Assembly: GCA_964468375.1 (NCBI GenBank)
Contig: CAYXUW010000001.1
Location: forward strand, 28,322-92,321
Direction of reading: 5' to 3'
DNA length: 64,000 nucleotides
From: an uncultured Pirellulales bacterium
GTDB taxonomy: Bacteria > Planctomycetota > Phycisphaerae > Sedimentisphaerales > Anaerobacaceae
Of the stretch, positions 32,922 through 40,763 are shown piece after piece. The notes under the pieces were generated by a model that worked only from the letters and a program-made list of their open reading frames with translations, searched no databases and was not told the DNA's origin. A program made the position numbers and the translations under genes. How positions within the stretch are numbered: the first letter of the stretch is position 1; each line of letters opens with the position of its first letter.

Positions 32922-33653
32922 TCAGCCGTCGCTTGGGTGTTTTTCGGTCTCGTTTTTTTTTAACGTTTGTTTCATTAATTCCAATACCGCCGGCACATCT
33001 ATTACCGCTTCCATAATCTCTTGCAAGTTCTGTGACGTAATAAGCTTCAGCAGATTTGCCTCTTCCGCCCCTACACGATAATTAAAGGCAATAGCGTCGA
33101 TGGCAAACTTCATTCCCTCGGAAATAGTCAGCTCTATTTCTTCCTTCTGTTCCGCCTGGCTGATACCTAACCTGAATTCTTCCCAGATTTTCTCTGCCCT
33201 CTGTCCTAACTGCGCATATTGCGGCAGTAGCCCGCCGCTTATAACCTCCCCGTTTTTGCCGAGTATCAATGTCTGCGGCAGCGCTATCCCTGCTGGGAAT
33301 TTTCTCGCAATCGGTATCAGCCATTTTTCTCCGTCACCCAGTTTTACCTCGTGGCCTTCAAGCTGAACTTCCCGCTGCAGCTCTCTTTCCGTCGGCTTAT
33401 TGTTTTTATAGAAGCCGGTGTAATATTTTTCGTTCAGACTCCGCTCCCATTCCTGCTCGGCCGGTTTGAAGTAAAGATGTGTCGCGTCGCTGCCTATGCA
33501 AATCAACGTGCATTCCTTACCGCCCGGCCCCTGTGCGGTGTATCTCTGAGAAAAATTTGGTATGATATCGCCGAAGATATTCATGAGCCCGGCCTCTTCG
33601 AGCTTTCTTTCATTTACCGAATTGCAATTCGGTATCGCGTATAAAAAGTGCAT
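32922..33653 (-). CDS. Hypothetical protein (tail-assembly position)
   Basis: 243 aa. Confidence 0.55.
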   Translation of the reverse strand: MHFLYAIPNCNSVNERKLEEAGLMNIFGDIIPNFSQRYTAQGPGGKECTLICIGSDATHLYFKPAEQEWERSLNEKYYTGFYKNNKPTERELQREVQLEGHEVKLGDGEKWLIPIARKFPAGIALPQTLILGKNGEVISGGLLPQYAQLGQRAEKIWEEFRLGISQAEQKEEIELTISEGMKFAIDAIAFNYRVGAEEANLLKLITSQNLQEIMEAVIDVPAVLELMKQTLKKNETEKHPSDG

Positions 33654-33664
33654 CTTGCCTCCCG

Positions 33665-33880
33665 TTAAACTTTGCCGGCTTTCAGGTCTCTTGCCGCCTG
33701 CTGCGCCTCTCTTTTTTCGGCCAGCGCCTTCCGGCAGGCCTCGGCGTGCTGCTGTTTCTCCTGCGTTGTCATCTTCGCCGTATTTTTACTGACCAAATTC
33801 TCGTATACCCGCTCCGCTTTCTTCTGCCGCTCGATTGCCTCTTGCAGCCTCGTATTCTCCCGTTTCTCTTCTTTTGCCAT
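33665..33880 (-). CDS. Small coiled-coil protein
   Basis: 71 aa from ATG 33880; the ORF track opens at TTG 33898. It is Lys/Glu/Gln-rich. Confidence 0.5.
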   Translation of the reverse strand: MAKEEKRENTRLQEAIERQKKAERVYENLVSKNTAKMTTQEKQQHAEACRKALAEKREAQQAARDLKAGKV

Positions 33881-33994
33881 AATTCCGCCCTTTCTCAAGC
33901 CCGTGTATCGCTTGTGTGCCCGTTTGGCACGTTATAATCCTCAATCAGACCCAAACTACCGCCTGTTTCAGCGTGGCACGTTCTGGCCGCTTTT

Positions 33995-34876
33995 TCAGCT
34001 TATCCCGCTGACCGCTATAATGTCGTTCGTGCCGTCCCAGACTGGTGTGACCTTTACTTGTCCGCCGACTCGCTCCCCTTGCCTTCCGTTAAGGTTCTCG
34101 AAGTGCGCCATACCCGCATCGATTGTAAATATAATTGGGGTAGATCCGCGTGCTCCGCCTGCTGTCTGGTCGAGCAGTTGAATCGTCGAATCGGTCTCTC
34201 CCTGAGCCACTCCGTCGAGCAGCCAGGTCTCGAAGGTGTCCACGTCGAACGTCTGTACGGTGAACGAAGGGGCCCTGTTCTGAATGCCGGCAAATGTCGG
34301 ATACACATGTCCGTTCATCACAACTATTTCGAGGTTGATGCCTAAATCCAGCGTCCAGCTCTCAACGCCGTCCAGGGCCACGCCGTTTATTGAAACCGGC
34401 CCTAATGTATACACTTCGCTCACAAGGTCCTGGTTCGCCTCGAGCGACTGGTCCGGCGTTACTGCCAGCGGTGATGCCGAGCCGTCGGCGCTTATCGGTA
34501 CTGCCCTGTAGCTTATGGTCGCCTCGCCTCCTTGTCTTGCAGTGATCTGCGTGGGCACAATAATGCCCGAAGCTGCCGTTACCTTTGTGTGTTTCAACGC
34601 CCCTCCCCGCTTGCCGCCTGCGGCCATTTGCTGGAAGAAGAATATATCGCTGTTGATAGCAGCACCGTCTATGCCGCCGATATTTGCCAGTGCTGTTTTG
34701 ATTGCCGTCGTATCAAACGGTATTTCGGGCCTTATTTCTCCGACACTGATAAACGTCGGGTCAACAGCCCCGCCGCCGGACGACAATATCTGCGCCAGTC
34801 CGGGATTAAGTCCGAGGTTCTGCACGCCTTTAATAAGAGTGCTTGCGTGCTTATACGCAGAAATTACATAATGGTC
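33995..34876 (-). CDS. Candidate major tail (tube) protein
   Basis: 293 aa from ATG 34876 (AAGGAGAAACAAA RBS). It is beta-rich with a Gly/Thr/Val composition. The assignment is by position only. Confidence 0.45.
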   Translation of the reverse strand, partial: DHYVISAYKHASTLIKGVQNLGLNPGLAQILSSGGGAVDPTFISVGEIRPEIPFDTTAIKTALANIGGIDGAAINSDIFFFQQMAAGGKRGGALKHTKVTAASGIIVPTQITARQGGEATISYRAVPISADGSASPLAVTPDQSLEANQDLVSEVYTLGPVSINGVALDGVESWTLDLGINLEIVVMNGHVYPTFAGIQNRAPSFTVQTFDVDTFETWLLDGVAQGETDSTIQLLDQTAGGARGSTPIIFTIDAGMAHFENLNGRQGERVGGQVKVTPVWDGTNDIIAVSGIS

Positions 34877-34896
34877 CATTTTGTTTCTCCTTAACC

Positions 34897-36036
34897 TTAA
34901 GAGGTCAGTCCCCAATTAACCTGCAGTCTTATCGCGTTATTGTATTTTCCCGATCCGTATTCGATTTGTGTCGGTCCCTCGATGCAGTCGACGCTGTTCA
35001 TGGCGAAGTATCCCGGCTGCCTACTCAGCTGCCACATCTCGGCCAGCACCGCCTCAACACGGTTCAAAAACTCCAGCTCCGCGTTTTCGGGATTGTCTTT
35101 ATACTCCGCCGGTATATCGTCCTCGAACCGAAGCTCAAGGTCGCCGCCGACCGTATTTTCGCCGACGGCTATATTTTCATCCTTATCGTTTTCCGTCCGG
35201 CAGACAAGTCCGAACGGCCGGACGAACTGAGGATTTTCCTGCTCGTCCATCGGCGGCTCGTATGCCGTAACGTGCAGATTTCCCTTTGCCTCCTCGGAAT
35301 CTTCCGCGCCGGCCCATTCCTGAAAGCTCGAGGTTGCCGCCACGAGGTCCCGCAGGTTCAGCATTGCCTTGCCCCTGTTGCCGGTGGGTGTTATTTCACC
35401 CTCGCTTTCGGCTCCGTACCATATTATTTTGCTCCTGCCTGTCAGCCGGTCGGATATATCGATATCATCACCCTGCTTCTCGTAATGGAATGCGTGGTAT
35501 GTCCCCGCCGTTGTGCAGGCGGTTGGGAACTGTTTCGTATAATAGCCGCCTTCCTTGTCGTCCAGCACGATGGTGCAATCCTGCTTGCGGGCGTTGTTCC
35601 ACGTCCCCGGCTCTTCCAGGGCCTCTCCGGTATTGTTCCATACGTACGCGTTGGCTGCGAACCGAAGTATCGAGTAAATAGTTTTGTTTACCCCCCATCC
35701 CACGGCCAGCATACTCGCTTCCGCCGCCGTAACGGACCCGTTTATAAATTTCTCGGTGAACAGCAGCCGGTCGCCCATAGATATTTCATCGCCAATTCGT
35801 CCGAAGTAGAAGGCGTCCCACACTCCCTCATCGCATCCTGCCGGGAAATCCTCGGTATGATAATCGCCTTCCCTGCTGGTCAGTATCACGGCGCATTGTG
35901 TTTTGCGTGCGAGGTTCCACGTCCCTATCGCTTCCGATGCCCCGCCGCCGGTGTTGTATATATTTCCGTTAAGCCGCCGCCTCAGTATGACGTAATATGC
36001 GCTGTATAACGAATGGGCTATTGCCAGCTTTCTCAT
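34897..36036 (-). CDS. Structural-module protein with an internal domain duplication
   Basis: ATG 36036 follows GGAGGA. Two ~65-aa repeats are present (..GTWNLARKTQCAVILTSREGDYHTEDFPAGC.. and ..GTWNNARKQDCTIVLDDKEGGYYTKQFPTAC..). Confidence 0.6.
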   Translation of the reverse strand: MRKLAIAHSLYSAYYVILRRRLNGNIYNTGGGASEAIGTWNLARKTQCAVILTSREGDYHTEDFPAGCDEGVWDAFYFGRIGDEISMGDRLLFTEKFINGSVTAAEASMLAVGWGVNKTIYSILRFAANAYVWNNTGEALEEPGTWNNARKQDCTIVLDDKEGGYYTKQFPTACTTAGTYHAFHYEKQGDDIDISDRLTGRSKIIWYGAESEGEITPTGNRGKAMLNLRDLVAATSSFQEWAGAEDSEEAKGNLHVTAYEPPMDEQENPQFVRPFGLVCRTENDKDENIAVGENTVGGDLELRFEDDIPAEYKDNPENAELEFLNRVEAVLAEMWQLSRQPGYFAMNSVDCIEGPTQIEYGSGKYNNAIRLQVNWGLTS

Positions 36037-36041
36037 ACCGC

Positions 36042-36710
36042 TTAAAATCCTCCGCCGCCCGACTGCAGCCACAAGTCGGCCAACCGGCCGGCCACTGTGG
36101 CCTTGTCGTTCGGGTCATTTACCTGTTCCAGTATCGCTGAAACGTCTGCCTTATATAATTCGTTGGCATCGCTGTGCGCCAGCGTGCCGCTTACATTGAG
36201 CTTGTCGAGATATCCCGCCCTCGTCGGTGTCCAGTAGGTATTGTTCGGAGTGCTGGCCGCAAGCGCGGCATTATCCGTTCCCCGCATCGCAGCTCCATCA
36301 AGGCCGTTTACTTCGGCGTAAATTGTATAGTCAGTTATTTCCGAGCCGTCCCAGGAAATCGGCGTCGGCCCTGCTATCCAGGTATCTTTCAAAACATTAG
36401 GGTCATCACCAGCTTTTAGATAAGCTTTGACAATGTAATTCCCCGCTGGTATTGAGCTATTGAAATCACCAATATAATCTGAACAACTTCCCACATCATT
36501 AACTTCTGTGAGAGGCATGTCATAGTCACCTATATTTGCATCAGCAAAAACCTCAACAGCACCAATTGAGTCATTCCATGCCCGACTACTTGTATCTTTT
36601 ATTATTGCATAGACATTACAATCTGCATTGTAGGTTACAGATATCTCCTCCGCCCATAAAACTGACACTAAAAGAAACAACAACAAAAATACAACTGTCT
36701 TTTTTATCAT
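36042..36710 (-). CDS. Signal-peptide protein within the structural operon
   Basis: 222 aa from ATG 36710 (GGAGGAAAACCC RBS, ATGA overlap). The N-terminus is MIKKTVVFLLLFLLVSVLWAEE. Confidence 0.65.
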   Translation of the reverse strand: MIKKTVVFLLLFLLVSVLWAEEISVTYNADCNVYAIIKDTSSRAWNDSIGAVEVFADANIGDYDMPLTEVNDVGSCSDYIGDFNSSIPAGNYIVKAYLKAGDDPNVLKDTWIAGPTPISWDGSEITDYTIYAEVNGLDGAAMRGTDNAALAASTPNNTYWTPTRAGYLDKLNVSGTLAHSDANELYKADVSAILEQVNDPNDKATVAGRLADLWLQSGGGGF

Positions 36711-38560
36711 GGGTTTTCCTCCGTCCAAGTCCCTATCGGGTCGTACACTGTCCAATGATTAGGATCTCTGCATTTTAATGTAACTTCCCCATAAGCATCA
36801 GATGTGTTTTGTAAACTCTCACCCCCATCCATTATAGTTCCATCATTCAAACGAATATAGTCTCCTGTTGAACAAGGGTCAATTATAATATCTGCCCCAG
36901 CTGTATTATCAGCATCAATAAAAATATATCTATAACCAACTACGGCTGAAGGTAATTGATAAGTTAATGCAACGGCTCCAACTCCTTCATTACTATAAGA
37001 CGCTCCATTATCGAAGTAATACACTAAAGTATTAGAATCACAAATTATCGGAACAGGCGGACAACAACCCTCAATGATCGCCCTGCTTGTACCGCCTGAT
37101 AAATAAGTAGTAGCATGTGAATTGTCTATATTTCCAGATCCATCACCCACTTGACCAACAGTGAACAAATCAGTAATATCAGATTTACTATCAAGCAAAG
37201 TCTTTAAATCACTGGCTGTTTTTGTCAGGCCCGTTCCTTTTGCAACACTAATAGTATTGCCACTCAATACAGCCGTCCACACAGGAGGAACCATAGAATT
37301 AAGAACAAAAGAATAATTATTATAATCTTTGCCTTCTTTTTTAGATGTTATAGTTATATTTGAATTATCCCCTCCTGTGAAAGTTGTTTGAAGTGACGCT
37401 TGAGTACCAGAACCTACAACATTATTACTTGCTGCTCTTGAATACCCCCTTGCCCATTCACTTGTGTAACCAAATTGACAATTTCTAATAATAGCCCCTT
37501 CTGCTATACCTTCAGAACTATCACCACCCATTCCTAAACTAACAAAAACAGTAGAATAAAATCTATCCATCCCTCCAGAACCTTTACCAGAAATTATACA
37601 ATCCTGCAAAACACCAGACATTTTGGCATTTACACCATCATAAGAACTGCCTGCGCCAAAGCTTCCGAATCCAGCGACACAACTAATGGCCATGCCAGTA
37701 AATTGCCGTTGCAATGCAAACGAATTTGTTCCAGCCCAACAGAAAATAAAAGTTCCACTACAATTACAACCCCAAGTACCACATCCACCAAAACCACCAT
37801 CACCCGTTATGCAATAAGAAAAATAGCCAGAACAATCTGCTCCAGCAGTATCTCCACCAAAAGACTGCTTACCATATCCATAAGTAGAATCAAAAATACC
37901 AATGCTTTCATACCAAGATATACAATTAAAAAAATTCCCACTTATTTCTTTATTGGCAGCTAACCGCCAAGCCCATCCAGTTGCATGACAGTTCATCCAT
38001 GTCCCCCCGAGATTCTCATTACCAAAAACAGGTAACCCATATCTGACTGAAACTGCTGTTCCTTTAAGATGAAGATTCTGATATATACTTGAAGAATTGT
38101 CGGGTGTATTTACATCCAAACCAATATCCCCCCCAGTTTGACCATCAGACGTTCCTGTGGTTTCTATTGTCATATTGCTGAATCTAACATCATTGGCGGT
38201 CTGCTTTATCGTGCTGCCAGAAGAACCGGTAACCCAAAAACTTGATGGGTTGCCTGTTAGACTTACAAAATCAACAAAATTAGTGTCGGCGACTAAATTA
38301 ATCCCAACAAATTTCCCTATACCTATCAACTCTCTGCGGTTTGTTGAGGATAAAGCTCCCATCTGTCCATCGCGGGAGGATGATTTGAGCCAGTTGTATT
38401 TTGCCTGTAAATTATCACTCGGCTGGACAATAATTGCATTCTTAAAACCAATTAGTGACGCATCTACTTGTCGCGGCTCGATAGGAACTGCTCCGCATAT
38501 TGACCCCATCACCGCCAGAACCATCAAAATCAAAACCGCTGCTCGTTTCATAATTTTCAT
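36707..38560 (-). CDS. Signal-peptide, Gly/Cys/Asn-rich large protein (beta-helix-like)
   Basis: 617 aa with N-terminus MKIMKRAAVLILMVLAVMGSICGA. Repetitive segments such as GGCGTWGCNCSGTFIFCWAG suggest a parallel beta-helix. Confidence 0.65.
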   Translation of the reverse strand: MKIMKRAAVLILMVLAVMGSICGAVPIEPRQVDASLIGFKNAIIVQPSDNLQAKYNWLKSSSRDGQMGALSSTNRRELIGIGKFVGINLVADTNFVDFVSLTGNPSSFWVTGSSGSTIKQTANDVRFSNMTIETTGTSDGQTGGDIGLDVNTPDNSSSIYQNLHLKGTAVSVRYGLPVFGNENLGGTWMNCHATGWAWRLAANKEISGNFFNCISWYESIGIFDSTYGYGKQSFGGDTAGADCSGYFSYCITGDGGFGGCGTWGCNCSGTFIFCWAGTNSFALQRQFTGMAISCVAGFGSFGAGSSYDGVNAKMSGVLQDCIISGKGSGGMDRFYSTVFVSLGMGGDSSEGIAEGAIIRNCQFGYTSEWARGYSRAASNNVVGSGTQASLQTTFTGGDNSNITITSKKEGKDYNNYSFVLNSMVPPVWTAVLSGNTISVAKGTGLTKTASDLKTLLDSKSDITDLFTVGQVGDGSGNIDNSHATTYLSGGTSRAIIEGCCPPVPIICDSNTLVYYFDNGASYSNEGVGAVALTYQLPSAVVGYRYIFIDADNTAGADIIIDPCSTGDYIRLNDGTIMDGGESLQNTSDAYGEVTLKCRDPNHWTVYDPIGTWTEENP

Positions 38561-38859
38561 CCTTCGGCCTCGTCATCTTTGATATTGAAATGTTTGATTA
38601 ACAGGCACAGTTTTTTATCGATACGGTCATCGATTTTGTCACAGCGCTTATATACTTTATCACGATGTTCTGTACATTCGTTGCGATCCACCACTTTGCC
38701 CATAGTTTTAAGGTAATGCCCTATGAAGCAAATCATTACTCCTACTAACAAGGCCGATAGTATCGATATTATCACCGCTGACGAATTGTCCGATTCCGCC
38801 GCCAGCAATATATTTAGAAGCGATGCTATCCCCGTTAAGCTTGTGACCGCCTTAATCAT
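38557..38859 (-). CDS. Small two-TM membrane protein (holin-like topology)
   Basis: 100 aa. Two hydrophobic helices are followed by a charged C-terminal tail. It has an ATGA overlap with the next gene. Confidence 0.55.
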   Translation of the reverse strand: MIKAVTSLTGIASLLNILLAAESDNSSAVIISILSALLVGVMICFIGHYLKTMGKVVDRNECTEHRDKVYKRCDKIDDRIDKKLCLLIKHFNIKDDEAEG

Positions 38860-38880
38860 TCGGATTCCCTTCCAATAATT

Positions 38881-39282
38881 TTAAGCTCCCGATTTTCTTT
38901 TATGCATCTGGTGATGTTTGCTCTTCGGCTTGTTCCACCTGCATTGCAAATCGACATACCCGCTGATTATATCGTGGTCCTGCACGACCCAGTCCTCACC
39001 CTCTACCGTCACAATCCCCTCGTCGAAAGGCACTGTAGCTTCTGGAATCGGGATTGTTATTCGCCTGTCTTTCAATATAACCTCGCCCGTCTCCTCGTCC
39101 GCCACTTCGCTGTGAATCCTGCCCATGCTCGCCTCAGTCTCGAACGCATCTCCTGCTATCGGCGTGAATGTCGCCTGTTCGGTCTCCTTAAACTGGCGGA
39201 AGACGGCGTCGTTCGCCTTCTTCATGCTCGTTGCGAATTTGCTTGTCATAGTTTTCTCAAAAATGGGCGACGGCACAGCCAT
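38881..39282 (-). CDS. Hypothetical head-completion-position protein
   Basis: The start is ambiguous (TTG 39306, ATG 39282 or ATG 39249). Confidence 0.5.
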   Translation of the reverse strand: MAVPSPIFEKTMTSKFATSMKKANDAVFRQFKETEQATFTPIAGDAFETEASMGRIHSEVADEETGEVILKDRRITIPIPEATVPFDEGIVTVEGEDWVVQDHDIISGYVDLQCRWNKPKSKHHQMHKRKSGA

Positions 39283-39333
39283 TGAAGGCCGTCGCCCGCA
39301 ATCCAAAACTTAACGAATTGGTAAAAGGCCCTT

Positions 39334-40134
39334 TTAAGCCAGCCCTGCGTTGTTAATTCTGTAGGTCGTGATTATGGTCAGCGTCGTATCGCCGGTTGCA
39401 TTACCGGTATAATTATCGCCGGTATTGTCGAGCACGATGGCTTTATTCACCATTGTCGACGCAGCTGCCGAAATCGCTTTTATTTGCGGCTGCGCTATCG
39501 TGTCAGCGCTGCTCACAACAAAATCGCCGATCAGATCGGCGATCGATGTCCCGCCTGCTGCATCATAGACAACCTCAAGATCATCCGGCGCTGATGGCTC
39601 GGCCAGTACCTCGCTGCCGTAATCGAGTATGAACATCAATGCCAACGCTTGGTTTATCTTGTCTGCCCCGGGCGCCGGTACCAACTCTATCTGCGTTGTC
39701 GCAAGCAGCTTGATTTCAGCAGCGGTCATTTTGACCATTGCCGTCTTGACTTCGCCCTTCTGGTGGGCATTAAGCTCGACGATGGCCACTCCGTCTGTTG
39801 CTGTCAGTGCCTTGCGAAGCCGTCCGACCAGGAAATCGGCGTCTCTCAGCTCTGTCGTCAATGCCCCGAGCCCCGCCGTATCGCCGTACGGGTCGCCGTC
39901 CTCATCCCAGCCGATAAGGTCGCCGTCATTGCCGGTAACGGCCGCGGCCCTGCCCTTGACAAAGCCCTGAACCTGCAGCGAACCCTTTACGTTTGCCGCA
40001 ATAGCCGTCGCGCAGATTCCGGCCAGACCATTGTCCTGAACGAACTCGCCCGCGGTCCTCACCACAGAAGGCGTATAATCCTTGAAAACGCCTTCCTGGA
40101 AATTTATTGCCTCTGAAAAAAGTTTTTCAGCCAT
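39334..40134 (-). CDS. Head-decoration/cement-like protein (weak)
   Basis: 266 aa with an AAGGAGAAATAAA RBS. The N-terminal AGEFVQDNG...ATAIAANVKGSLQVQGFVKG resembles DUF2190-type decoration domains. Confidence 0.45.
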   Translation of the reverse strand: MAEKLFSEAINFQEGVFKDYTPSVVRTAGEFVQDNGLAGICATAIAANVKGSLQVQGFVKGRAAAVTGNDGDLIGWDEDGDPYGDTAGLGALTTELRDADFLVGRLRKALTATDGVAIVELNAHQKGEVKTAMVKMTAAEIKLLATTQIELVPAPGADKINQALALMFILDYGSEVLAEPSAPDDLEVVYDAAGGTSIADLIGDFVVSSADTIAQPQIKAISAAASTMVNKAIVLDNTGDNYTGNATGDTTLTIITTYRINNAGLA

Positions 40135-40223
40135 TTTATTTCTCCTTGTTAAAAAGTTTTAATCACTTCGCTCTCTATAATTTCGCTTTTCATCACACCG
40201 CCCGCTATTCACTAACAACCAAA

Positions 40224-40664
40224 TTACTGCTGCCCTTCGTCGCTCGTTGCCGGTTCCAGCTTTGCCAAATGTTCCCTAATTAGCTTCCGCACTCCCTCTT
40301 TCGTCACCGTAGTGAAGGGGATTGTTACCCCGAGCTCGGTGGCACGCTGACGCAACTCGGCCATATTCATTTTGTCCAGTTCATCTGGTTTCTGCACGCC
40401 ATCGCTTTCGCTGTTGTCCGTCTGTGTCTCATTCTCCGTCTCGTCCGTCTCTGGCGGCTCCTGAACTGTCTGGGCCTTCGGCGGTTCCTTGATAGGTTCC
40501 GGCGCCGGTTTCGGCTTCAATCCCAGCGACTCCCCGCAATTGAAGCACTTGTCGTTGCACAGCTCGCCGTTGCCGTGCCGCTTTTTATTGTAGCGCAGTC
40601 CTTCCGGGCTTTCGACAAGCTCATTCTCTTGCCCGCATTCGCACTTTATCCTTTTCATTTCCAT
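40224..40664 (-). CDS. Zinc-ribbon plus Rho-N/SAP (HeH)-like domain protein
   Basis: 146 aa. It has an N-terminal CEC..CxxC, a Pro/Glu linker, and a C-terminal MNMAELRQRATELGVTIP. Confidence 0.55.
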   Translation of the reverse strand: MEMKRIKCECGQENELVESPEGLRYNKKRHGNGELCNDKCFNCGESLGLKPKPAPEPIKEPPKAQTVQEPPETDETENETQTDNSESDGVQKPDELDKMNMAELRQRATELGVTIPFTTVTKEGVRKLIREHLAKLEPATSDEGQQ

Positions 40665-40763
40665 TTTCGTTACCTCAAATCTAATTACCGTTTACAATTC
40701 ATTAATCACCAATCACCAATTCGCTGTTTGCTAATAACTACTCACTAACAACCAACGACCAAC

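Noticed and set aside
32839-33653. A programmed -1 frameshift tail-chaperone pair (G/GT-like) upstream of the tape measure
   Set aside because: I could not find overlapping ORFs with a convincing slippery heptamer here. The candidate genes are separated by non-overlapping gaps, so the pair is neither supported nor excluded.
33925-33982. A sigma54-type promoter, from TGGCACGTT occurring twice (33925 and 33974)
   Set aside because: The required GG-N10-GC (TGGCAC-N5-TTGC) spacing is not met, and both copies are on the strand opposite to all nearby genes. Part of the first copy forms a small hairpin (GTGCC-CGTTT-GGCAC).
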